From the NCBI GenBank assembly GCA_041649475.1, contig JBAZNA010000001.1, forward strand, positions 24,895 through 88,894: DNA of 64,000 nt. Reading direction: 5' to 3'. Of this stretch, positions 21,484 to 30,149 are shown piece by piece. This DNA is from Patescibacteria group bacterium (GTDB lineage Bacteria; Patescibacteriota; Patescibacteriia; Magasanikbacterales; GWA2-37-8). The notes beneath the pieces are model-generated. The model was not told the DNA's origin and made no database searches. It saw nothing but the letters and a program-made list of their open reading frames with translations. The translations under genes were made by a program, and so were the position numbers. Position 1 is the first letter of the stretch, and every line of letters starts with the position of its first letter.

Positions 21484-21516
21484 TCGCAGGGGGTTGCGCG
21501 CGCGAACCCCCTGCGA
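21484..21516 (-). terminator. Strong GC stem-loop after the putative major pilin (partial terminator or mRNA stabiliser)
   Basis: TCGCAGGGGGTT...AACCCCCTGCGA perfect stem; no good U-tract on the minus strand. Confidence 0.6.
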
Positions 21517-21525
21517 AGAAGAAGG

Positions 21526-21912
21526 TTATCCGTTAAACTGTGCACCTCCGGAAGTCGCTGAAACCAAACTGTTGATTACGTAAGTGGCCAAAGCGTAGGC
21601 CGCCAATATAATCGCTAAGCCAATTATACCGGAGAAAATCCATTTTTTTGCATCGCTGGTTTTCTCTTCATTACCGCCGGCAGTCATCCAAATGAAACCG
21701 CCAATTAAGATAATAACCACAGCCACGATACCAAGCAGTCCCATCGCGGTTCTAATGATTGACGCGACAGTAACACGGATATCCTGGTGACCTAAACCGG
21801 TTGCCGCTCCATATTGGATACCCAAATCTTGAGCTCCAATCGGAGTTTGAGCAGACACCAACACCGGTACTAATAGCGCTAGCATTCCAAAAATAACTAA
21901 CCATTTTTTCAT
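21526..21912 (-). CDS. VirB2/TrbC-like pilin, probable major subunit
   Basis: GGFIWMTAGGNEE core; SD AAAGGGGGTGA; TGGTATAAT promoter near 21974-21982. Confidence 0.87.
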   Translation of the reverse strand: MKKWLVIFGMLALLVPVLVSAQTPIGAQDLGIQYGAATGLGHQDIRVTVASIIRTAMGLLGIVAVVIILIGGFIWMTAGGNEEKTSDAKKWIFSGIIGLAIILAAYALATYVINSLVSATSGGAQFNG

Positions 21913-21986
21913 AATCTCACCCCCTTTCCATTGATTGTATTTGTCATATGAAAATGCGTCTAAAAACGGCTATATTATACCACATT

Positions 21987-22439
21987 TTACTGCGGAGCTG
22001 AAGTCAAATATTGAGTGAAGGTGCTTAAGATGAAATAACTGGTGAAAACTAACATCAGCCCGATAACTGCCCAGAGCATTGTTTTTGAACCATTTTTTAC
22101 TCTTTCTTCGTTCCCTGCCGATGTCAGCCACTGAAAACCGCCCCAAACAAACATGAGCAGAGTGAGACCGCCAACCAGGCCCAAAGCGGCTTTAATTATA
22201 ATTTGAATTACTTGCGGCACGCTTGTGCTTCCACTTATATTAGAAAGAGGATTTTGTAAATTACAAACCGTAATCGGGGTTCCGGCTGCGGTTTTTGATT
22301 GAGTACAGCCGGCTGTTTGCGGAGTTGCTGCCGCGGGAGCGGCCAAAGCGATCACGGGAACACTTAAAAAAATAAAAAAGGATGTAACCCCTATAACTAT
22401 TCTAAAAAAAATTCTCATAAAATCACGGGTGTTAATCAT
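21987..22439 (-). CDS. VirB2/TrbC-like pilin
   Basis: LQNPL..., WGGFQWLTSAGNEE.VK.G.K. Confidence 0.85.
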   Translation of the reverse strand: MINTRDFMRIFFRIVIGVTSFFIFLSVPVIALAAPAAATPQTAGCTQSKTAAGTPITVCNLQNPLSNISGSTSVPQVIQIIIKAALGLVGGLTLLMFVWGGFQWLTSAGNEERVKNGSKTMLWAVIGLMLVFTSYFILSTFTQYLTSAPQ

Positions 22440-22954
22440 TTAATCGCTTTAATCACAAAATTCACCAAGGTATAACTTAATAACATTACCAAAACCCCCA
22501 AACTTGTCCAAACAATAATTTTTTTGGCCGAGTCAATTTTTTTCTCCTCACCGGCCGCGGTCATCCATAATATTCCAGCCCAGATAAACAAAACCAGGGC
22601 GATTGAACCGATAAAAGCCATCATTAAACTGATAACTCGTCTAATTAAATCAGTGGGGGCTGTAAATTTTGCCGGATTCAATTGACTGGCTGCAGCACTC
22701 CTCAATTGATCGGCTGTTTTACCGCCTGTATTAATACCAGACGAAGCGGCGGGTTGTGCGGTTTTGTCACACGGACCACTTATTGGTTGTTCGCCGCATT
22801 TTGTACAGGCGTCCACTATGGACGCCGGATCTACTTTATTGCCGTCAAACTCCTGACAGGTCTTACAACAATGAAAAATATCCGCTTTAGCCGGAATTAA
22901 AAAAAACAAACTAGCCGCTAGCGCTAATAAATAAATTCTAAAATTAGATTTCAT
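22436..22954 (-). CDS. VirB2/TrbC-like pilin with Cys-rich N-terminal insert
   Basis: HCCKTC..CTKC..GPC, then WAGILWMTAAGEE..AKKI. Confidence 0.83.
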   Translation of the reverse strand: MKSNFRIYLLALAASLFFLIPAKADIFHCCKTCQEFDGNKVDPASIVDACTKCGEQPISGPCDKTAQPAASSGINTGGKTADQLRSAAASQLNPAKFTAPTDLIRRVISLMMAFIGSIALVLFIWAGILWMTAAGEEKKIDSAKKIIVWTSLGVLVMLLSYTLVNFVIKAIK

Positions 22955-22961
22955 ATAAAAT

Positions 22962-23351
22962 TCACTTTACTCCCAAACTCGTGCTCAAAAACTGCACCAG
23001 TATATAGGCGCTAAACACAATAACCAAGCCAACTCCGGCGGCCATTATTATGCTCATGCCCTTTTTTACTTTTTCGGCATTCCCTTGCGATAAAATCAAA
23101 GTAAAGCCGCCATAAATAAAAAACAGTAAAGCCAGCGCGCCGACAATTCCAAAAACATAATTGCCAACAGTGATAAGCAGGGTGACAAAGACACTTACAT
23201 CCGCGCAGTCCCCGCTGGGCGTAGTTTGGTTGCCGCATTTTTGGATCAAATCCGAAACCGGATTGGCGGCTAAGGCAGACCCGGCCCCAAAAAACAACAA
23301 ACTGGCCATGATTGCCACAAAAAATATTTTTTTTAAATTTCGCTCACTCAT
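22962..23351 (-). CDS. VirB2/TrbC-like pilin
   Basis: YGGFTLILSQGNAEKVKKG..I; start trimmed to MSER to avoid overlapping the upstream gene. Confidence 0.83.
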   Translation of the reverse strand: MSERNLKKIFFVAIMASLLFFGAGSALAANPVSDLIQKCGNQTTPSGDCADVSVFVTLLITVGNYVFGIVGALALLFFIYGGFTLILSQGNAEKVKKGMSIIMAAGVGLVIVFSAYILVQFLSTSLGVK

Positions 23352-23356
23352 ATCGC

Positions 23357-24745
23357 TTATTGCGCAAAGGTTTGATTCATCTGCGAAGCCGCTCTGTTTA
23401 AAATTTCCTGCTGCCAACCCAGCGGGTCTTTGCTGCTTGGAATTGGTGCAAGCCATTGGTGGGTCATATCGCCCAAGCTCTTTACCGCACCATCATAATT
23501 ACGTCCTTTATACCAGCTATTTGCCACCAGCGCCTGCGAAGCAAACGGGAATAAAACCGGATTATCCAATTGTCCGGAAATATATGTGCGCAAAGCAGAA
23601 GGCCGCGCGGTTGTGTCCAAATAATCTTTAACCGCCTTTGAGTGGGTCAAATAATTCACTAAGTCCCAGGCCTCGTTTTGATGTTTTGATTTTCCGGTAA
23701 CGGTTTGGAGCCAATAACTAGCCGCGTTCACCGGCTGATCCGGGTTAAGCTGAAGCATTGGCAGAACATCAAAATTAAGCTGGGGCGCACGGGCTTTGAT
23801 GGTAGCGTAGTTAAAATTATAGCCAAAATAAAAAGCGAGAGATCCGTTTATGAAACTATCCAAAGCACTGCCCTTATCCTCGTTCCAAGAATAAACATCA
23901 CGGGTGGGATTGGCAAAATCAGTATAAAAATTCATAACGGACATAGCCGGTGACGATCCTTCGTTGACAGACGAGGCATTAAAAACCGCATAACCGTTTT
24001 GATCAACAAAACTCACGTTGCTCTGTTTGAACAAAATATATAACAAATCATCAAACCCGGGAATATTGGCAGCCGTGCCCAGCGCGGCTCCGGATTGTAA
24101 AACCGTGTCGGTCTTTTTATCAATCTTAGTTATCTTTAAGACCGCTTTGCGGAAATCATCCCAAGTTTTTGGCGGCTCGGCCACTCCGGCTTTGTCCAGT
24201 AAATCTTTATTGTAATACAAAGCCATGGTGTCAAAAGAAAGCGGCAATCCGTAAATTTTTCCACCAATCACAACATCGCTTTTAACCGCCTGCACATATT
24301 CTCTGTCTATTTGCGTGATATTCGGCAAAACAACATTAGCAGTATTTATGGTAGTATCTGTACCGCCAATCGCATTTTTTGTTACAGTGACGGTTGTGTC
24401 TTGCACCGAAGCAGGCATCGCCGCCAATTTTGTTTGGTAGACATGCATGTATTTATTTTGAACCGAAATAATATCCGGGCCCTTGTCTTCAGCCAGGGTT
24501 TCAACCAATCTTTGATAAATTTCATCCGGACGAAGCTGTCTTAAATTTATGGTCAAATACGGGCGTTCGGCTTTGAATTTATCTATATTCGCCTGCAGGG
24601 CATCAACATCATCATAAACTGTCCAGTATTCCAGGGTAACCGGCTGGGTTGCCTGTTGTTGAGCTGTAGACAAACCCTTGCAACCAAAACCCCCCAACAG
24701 TAAAACCGGGATTATAACTAAAAAAGGAAGAATTTTTTTAATCAT
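23357..24745 (-). CDS. Extracellular solute-binding lipoprotein (sugar ABC type)
   Basis: Lipobox-like GGFGC; GPDI, IYGLP.S.D..ALYYNKDL, PPKTWDDF. Confidence 0.88.
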   Translation of the reverse strand: MIKKILPFLVIIPVLLLGGFGCKGLSTAQQQATQPVTLEYWTVYDDVDALQANIDKFKAERPYLTINLRQLRPDEIYQRLVETLAEDKGPDIISVQNKYMHVYQTKLAAMPASVQDTTVTVTKNAIGGTDTTINTANVVLPNITQIDREYVQAVKSDVVIGGKIYGLPLSFDTMALYYNKDLLDKAGVAEPPKTWDDFRKAVLKITKIDKKTDTVLQSGAALGTAANIPGFDDLLYILFKQSNVSFVDQNGYAVFNASSVNEGSSPAMSVMNFYTDFANPTRDVYSWNEDKGSALDSFINGSLAFYFGYNFNYATIKARAPQLNFDVLPMLQLNPDQPVNAASYWLQTVTGKSKHQNEAWDLVNYLTHSKAVKDYLDTTARPSALRTYISGQLDNPVLFPFASQALVANSWYKGRNYDGAVKSLGDMTHQWLAPIPSSKDPLGWQQEILNRAASQMNQTFAQ

Positions 24746-24755
24746 AGCTCACCTA

Positions 24756-25622
24756 TTATACCACACTTTTCAAATACCTTCTAAATTCTCCGCTTAATTT
24801 TTTATCTCTTAAAGCAAAATCAACATTGGCTCTTAAATAGCCAATTTTTGACCCGGTGTCATAATAAGTTCCTTCAATTAACCGGGCATAAATAGACCGC
24901 TTCTTGAGCAATTTAAAAATAGCATCCACCAACCACAGCTCACCACTCTTGCCAAGTTTTGTATGCTCCAGCGCTCCAAATATATCTGGAGTTAAGATAA
25001 ATCCGCCCAAGCTGGCCAACTGCGAAGGCGCTTGCTCCGGACCGGGTTTTTCCACGATATTTTTTACCTGATAAGTGCTTTTTTCCACTTCCAAAGCATC
25101 AAGAATTCCATACTTTGACGTATCGGATTTGCTAACTTTATATGCCGTCAAAACCGGATCGCCGTATTTTTCAAAGGTCTCAACCAACTGTTTAAGCTGG
25201 GGTTTTTTGGGCGCATAGAAAAATTCATCTCCCCACATCACGGCAAACGGTTCGTCCCCAACCACGGCCTTGGCGCACAACACCGGCGTGCCGTTTCCAT
25301 ACGGGCCTTTTTGCCTGATAAAAATAAAATTGGCCATGTCCGCAATTTTTTTAACCTCTTCCGCCACTTCGTCTTTGCCCTGCTTTTTGAGCAGATTCAC
25401 CAACTCATAATTGGGACTAAAATGGTCTTCAACCGCCCGCTTGCTCGGACCGGTTACCAGAATAATATCCGTAATCCCCGACCGCACCGCATCCTCAACT
25501 ACATATTGAATGATCGGCTTATCCACCACCGGTAGCATTTCCTTGGGCTGGGCCTTGGTGGCCGGTAAAAATCTGGTACCCAGACCGGCGACCGGAATAA
25601 CCAATTTTCTTATTTTTGACAT
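24756..25622 (-). CDS. galU: UTP--glucose-1-phosphate uridylyltransferase
   Basis: PVAGLGTRFLPATKAQPKEMLP, IVEKP, YYDTG. Confidence 0.93.
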   Translation of the reverse strand: MSKIRKLVIPVAGLGTRFLPATKAQPKEMLPVVDKPIIQYVVEDAVRSGITDIILVTGPSKRAVEDHFSPNYELVNLLKKQGKDEVAEEVKKIADMANFIFIRQKGPYGNGTPVLCAKAVVGDEPFAVMWGDEFFYAPKKPQLKQLVETFEKYGDPVLTAYKVSKSDTSKYGILDALEVEKSTYQVKNIVEKPGPEQAPSQLASLGGFILTPDIFGALEHTKLGKSGELWLVDAIFKLLKKRSIYARLIEGTYYDTGSKIGYLRANVDFALRDKKLSGEFRRYLKSVV

Positions 25623-25651
25623 AAATTAAAATTATTTAATATGTGAGTATT

Positions 25652-27019
25652 TTACTTCACTTCCTGCCAACTAATCAAGTTATATTGCGAGCCGACCGGA
25701 AACCCGGGCGGCGGACCGTAAGTGAGATTGGCATCATAAGTGGAGTTTGTATTTCTGTATCCGGAAGTTATTGAGCCCCCGCCGGAAACCCAGCTCCAAG
25801 TCCAAATTTTCATGGATATAACCGAACCGTAAATCAGTAAATTTGTTTTCATGTCCCCCGGATAATAATAACGCTTGGCCGCGCCGTTTTGAGCCAAAAC
25901 AGCTGCGTCTATTTCCAAATCGTCCGGTGAATTGTGAGGGATTAAAATATTTTGATCGGCAATCAGACCCAAAACATCCGTACCGTCTTTGGCGGCATAA
26001 ATTATATCCCCATTTAAAATAATATTTTTACCGACCGAGGTGCCGACAACAACCCGGCCTTTTACAGCCCCGTCCACCCAAACATTATCATCAACAAAGA
26101 TATAACCATTGCTGGGCATATCATAAGTTGCGTATGACTCTTGAGTACTGATATCTATGCATGGCCAAAAATAATTATTGTCACCGACATCTTTGGCTTT
26201 ATAACAATCCGTTGTTAAGACCTTTGACACAATTACCTGTCCTTGGCTGGAAGAAGTGAATTGCAATCTCCAACCTTGCTGTCCGGAAGGGGTAAAGTTT
26301 AATCCGCCCAGATCCGGGTCTGAATTTGTTTCAATTTTGGCCAGATCGGCAGTGACCTCTGTAAAATCCTTGGCCGTAGCCGGAAAATCCCAATATGATT
26401 CGGGTCCGCCATCGCCCCAAATACCCGGTTTAACTTGACCTGCACCGCAACCATGATACTGCTTGCAGGTGTAAGTGGCCATGGCGCTGGTTATTGGAGC
26501 ATCACCGAGGCCGTCAAAACGGATTCCTCCATTGGCATGAAATTTTCCATGAGTCACTTCATCGTCTCCAATCCAAACATCAGTGCCGGTTAAAAAGGCG
26601 AAATCAGTCAGGGCCGGAAAACCAAGCTTCACTTTTATTTTTCTTTTTGTATTCGGCTGAATATCAAGCCAGCCGGTGGAAGTGACAGTGACGATGGTTG
26701 ATCCGGTTGGCGGCGGACCAATCTCCAAAGAAAAATGTCCGATTACATTTCCATCTTTGTCGGAATACGCGTGCACATACGGCCCGGGAGTACTTGTGCC
26801 GTTTCCGTCATAAAAATCTGTCTGACTATGAGCCAGGTGCCAGCGGTAATAATTAATGCCCGCGTCGGCAATTTGAAAAGCTACTTCCCGATTGTGTTTG
26901 CTTAGCGAAGCTCGGTTTTCAGAAATTGCATATCCGGCCAGACCAACCACAATGATTGAAAAAGCAATGGTGCCAAAGACCATGACAAAAAGTAAAATGT
27001 TTCCTTTTTTATTTAACAT
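25652..27019 (-). CDS. PilX-like type IV minor pilin
   Basis: KKG/NILL leader without Glu5, AFQIADAG, C-terminal YD..L...PPPGFP...W.E. Confidence 0.75.
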   Translation of the reverse strand: MLNKKGNILLFVMVFGTIAFSIIVVGLAGYAISENRASLSKHNREVAFQIADAGINYYRWHLAHSQTDFYDGNGTSTPGPYVHAYSDKDGNVIGHFSLEIGPPPTGSTIVTVTSTGWLDIQPNTKRKIKVKLGFPALTDFAFLTGTDVWIGDDEVTHGKFHANGGIRFDGLGDAPITSAMATYTCKQYHGCGAGQVKPGIWGDGGPESYWDFPATAKDFTEVTADLAKIETNSDPDLGGLNFTPSGQQGWRLQFTSSSQGQVIVSKVLTTDCYKAKDVGDNNYFWPCIDISTQESYATYDMPSNGYIFVDDNVWVDGAVKGRVVVGTSVGKNIILNGDIIYAAKDGTDVLGLIADQNILIPHNSPDDLEIDAAVLAQNGAAKRYYYPGDMKTNLLIYGSVISMKIWTWSWVSGGGSITSGYRNTNSTYDANLTYGPPPGFPVGSQYNLISWQEVK

Positions 27020-27022
27020 ATT

Positions 27023-27640
27023 TTAATTATTTTTCAAATTCCTAAGCATCGCTTTTGATTCAATATAAAAAGGAGCCGGTGTTAAATTGGGATTCTGATC
27101 TAATTTTAAAATTATTCTGACAACTCTGATCTTAGTGACGTCAATTGGGCTGGCTAAGGGCGCTCCGGAGCCGTTATAATTACCGTCATAATAATAAAAA
27201 ACCGAAGTGGCATTGGCAAGTTCGTTGGCTACGTTGATTACGATTTCATTGACCGGATTATAAGTTAAGGGGTTGCCGGTTGGTTTGATGATACCCATCT
27301 TTAAGGTTGAAGTGACAGTAAAATAACGAAGACGTTCCACCAAACTATCGCTATCCGTATTTGAATAAAAAATAATTCCGGTGCTCGAAGCCGCCTGAAC
27401 CGGATAAGCGCCAATACTGGATTGCGAGGCGGTTCTGATTTGATTGACAAAATCCTGGGTGGCTTTCCGACCTTCATTTTGGGTAGAGAGCTGTTCCCAA
27501 ACAACGGAATTGTATCTGGAACCAGTCAGATATACGGCCACCACCGCGCCAACCAGTAGAACAAAAATACCCAAGGCCACAAGCACCTCAATCAACTGCA
27601 GGCCACGATTATCTGTTTGTATTTTTTTTAAAACAAACAT
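27023..27640 (-). CDS. Type IV prepilin-like protein (PilW-like)
   Basis: RG/LQLIEVLVAL type III signal; ends LRN. Confidence 0.8.
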   Translation of the reverse strand: MFVLKKIQTDNRGLQLIEVLVALGIFVLLVGAVVAVYLTGSRYNSVVWEQLSTQNEGRKATQDFVNQIRTASQSSIGAYPVQAASSTGIIFYSNTDSDSLVERLRYFTVTSTLKMGIIKPTGNPLTYNPVNEIVINVANELANATSVFYYYDGNYNGSGAPLASPIDVTKIRVVRIILKLDQNPNLTPAPFYIESKAMLRNLKNN

Positions 27641-27642
27641 AT

Positions 27643-29439
27643 TTAAGAACTGGGTGACATATTAACCAAGGTTGATCCATTTCCGCTTATATCAATGGTG
27701 CCGTTATTGGTTGTGTAACCGCTCCGAGAAACATCCAAAGTATAGGTATCAACCGACAAACCGCTGAAAAAAACCTGACCGGGCGGTGTACAACTGGTGG
27801 AAAATGTAAAAGCTACTTCCGACAGGGTGGGTGTATAAGATGTGCTGGATGTATTTAAAAATACTTTATATCTAAAATAACGGTTATTATCGTTTCCGCT
27901 CCAAATCAAAGTATTAGTAGCTGTATAAAACGTACCGGCCGTGCCATCCGGCCCTTTATAACTCCAACTGCTGGGAGTACTGGTGTTGCTGGAAGCAAAC
28001 TGGAAAGTAACAGGATTGGCGCCGCACTGTGTCTGCGCAGAATACTTAAAAATTATATTATTAAAGTTTACTTGCGTGCCCAAATCAAAAGTAGAGGACT
28101 CCAGCCAGCCGTTATTGGCATAATAAAGTCCGGATTTCTTTAATTTTAAATCACCCGGATAAGAGCTGTAATTTACGGTTCCGCTGTCAGCAAAATATTT
28201 TTTTGGATTGGTAAAATTTATTTGCCCGCTGCCGCTTGACCAATCCGTTTGCCTGGTATAACCATAACCGGTTAAGACAGTGACATCATAACTAGTGCCC
28301 GTAAGTTCTACTGTCGCGTCTGACAAAGGCAACCCGGTGCCGGCATCAACCACATTGACCAAGAGAGAATTTGCAGTATGCGCCTGAAGAATAACTTTGG
28401 CATCCTGGGTCAGACCGGGATTAATAGCTAACGGCAACATCGGCATGGCTCCGGCTACATCATAACTGATTGTGCCGGTAGTGGATAGAAAATAAGTATC
28501 CCATTCAATGTTGGGAAAACTATAATTTCCGGAAGCGTCGGTTGTAAAATTTTTATTAAATTTATAAATATCCGGATCGATGGCAATTTTCTTGGCGCCT
28601 GACATGTTTAACCGAACACTGCCCAGAGCCGCGCAAGCCGTATTAATGGTATGCAGGGTTAAATTACTTAATCTGTCTATGGAAAAACTAATGTCGGTCA
28701 CGTCCTGACTGACCACATTGGCCGGCGGTTTTATGGGTGTGGGCGCGCTGGGGCCGGAGACCACTGTATAATCAGTTGAATAGCCCGGCTTACTGACATT
28801 TATATAATAACTTCGCGTACCGGTGGTTGTGTCTATGATGCGCAAATAGCCATCATTTCCGGTTGTATCATTTACTATAATCAAGGGTGTGCGCGCAGTA
28901 TTGGTCACAGACACATCCGCGCCCGCTACCGGCAAACCATCGGCATCAAAGACCTGGATAAAAAGCGCGCCGTTAACGCTGGCGCCTTCCAACTGTTTGG
29001 GGGCCACAATTGTACTTAAAATAACGGACGCTTGTTGTAAACAATTTTGACAAATAGCCGACATTTCCACCAACTTAAAATCCGCCGGAGACAAATCGTG
29101 GGGTGTGCCGCTCGCAGTGCCATCAAACGGATCATCTATGTTTCTGATGGTTGTAATCAGAGTAAATATCTCTCCATTGCGAACAGTGGTGGTGGTATGA
29201 GGCAAAACTCCGGCCGGCACGCCGCTTATAATACCGACGCTATCATAAGGAAGATTGCGCACGACTTCCAATTGCTCGGCCAAAATACCTGTTTCCAAAA
29301 TGCGCGTGCGCGATTGATACACGATTTTAAAAATCAAAGTGATGCCCCCATAGATGCCGACCGCGAATAATACAAAAATAGCCGTCGCCACGATGACTTC
29401 TATAAGCGTAAAACCTTTTCTGTTAAGAAGGATTTTCAT
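27643..29439 (-). CDS. Large type IV prepilin-like protein with beta-sandwich (carboxypeptidase-regulatory-like) domains
   Basis: KG/FTLIEVIV; G.PV.GA.V and Y...VSK.GY repeats. Confidence 0.82.
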   Translation of the reverse strand: MKILLNRKGFTLIEVIVATAIFVLFAVGIYGGITLIFKIVYQSRTRILETGILAEQLEVVRNLPYDSVGIISGVPAGVLPHTTTTVRNGEIFTLITTIRNIDDPFDGTASGTPHDLSPADFKLVEMSAICQNCLQQASVILSTIVAPKQLEGASVNGALFIQVFDADGLPVAGADVSVTNTARTPLIIVNDTTGNDGYLRIIDTTTGTRSYYINVSKPGYSTDYTVVSGPSAPTPIKPPANVVSQDVTDISFSIDRLSNLTLHTINTACAALGSVRLNMSGAKKIAIDPDIYKFNKNFTTDASGNYSFPNIEWDTYFLSTTGTISYDVAGAMPMLPLAINPGLTQDAKVILQAHTANSLLVNVVDAGTGLPLSDATVELTGTSYDVTVLTGYGYTRQTDWSSGSGQINFTNPKKYFADSGTVNYSSYPGDLKLKKSGLYYANNGWLESSTFDLGTQVNFNNIIFKYSAQTQCGANPVTFQFASSNTSTPSSWSYKGPDGTAGTFYTATNTLIWSGNDNNRYFRYKVFLNTSSTSYTPTLSEVAFTFSTSCTPPGQVFFSGLSVDTYTLDVSRSGYTTNNGTIDISGNGSTLVNMSPSS

Positions 29440-29520
29440 GGGGATATTATATCACAAATCACCGGTGAGTTCATCACTTGATTTTAAGTAATTGTTGTGA
29501 TAATATTTGAGACGTAATAA

Positions 29521-29603
29521 GCCCGGGTGGTGAAATCTGGTAAACACACTTGACTTAAAATCAAACGCCGAAAGGCTTGCGGGTTCGATTCCCGCCCCGG
29601 GCA
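29521..29603 (+). tRNA. tRNA-Leu(TAA)
   Basis: GCCCGGG/CCCGGGC; CT-TAA-AA loop; long variable arm GCCGAAAGGC. Confidence 0.93.
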
Positions 29604-30140
29604 CTAAATTTTCACTTCCTCAACTCCATCTTTAGCATTCACCCATCTCGCCGCCACAAACAAGAAGTCACTTAACCGATTAAAATATTTATACAATTCC
29701 GGCCGAATTGGCGCGGTTTTTCCAAACGCCACCAATTGTCTTTCCGCTCTCCGGCAAACGGTTCGCGCCAAATGCAAATAAGCTCCAACTTCACTTCCGC
29801 CCGATAAAATAAAATTTTTAAGTTCCGGCAATTCCGACCACATTGTATCAATCCATTTCTCCAAATCCGTTATTTTCTCTTCGCTAAGCTTTTCTATTTG
29901 CTCATTAAGAGGCGTTTGCAGTGAGGCGACTTCCGAACCGGCTATAATTAAATCCTTTTGCACCTGAATCAAAAAATCTCTCAAATTTCCTTCATCCATT
30001 TTTGCTACCACCACCCCCAGAGCCGCATTTAGCTCGTCAATCTCGCCAATCACCTGCATCTCCAAACAACTCTTCCCTATCCTCCTGCCGTCTGATAAAG
30101 AGGTCTCACCTTCATCGCCCGTTTTAGTATAAATCTTCAT
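29604..30140 (-). CDS. pduO: ATP:cob(I)alamin adenosyltransferase (PduO type)
   Basis: MKIYTKTGD.G.T, GEIDELN, ARTVCRRAER, NRLSDFLF..AR. Confidence 0.93.
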   Translation of the reverse strand: MKIYTKTGDEGETSLSDGRRIGKSCLEMQVIGEIDELNAALGVVVAKMDEGNLRDFLIQVQKDLIIAGSEVASLQTPLNEQIEKLSEEKITDLEKWIDTMWSELPELKNFILSGGSEVGAYLHLARTVCRRAERQLVAFGKTAPIRPELYKYFNRLSDFLFVAARWVNAKDGVEEVKI

Positions 30141-30149
30141 ACTATCTAT

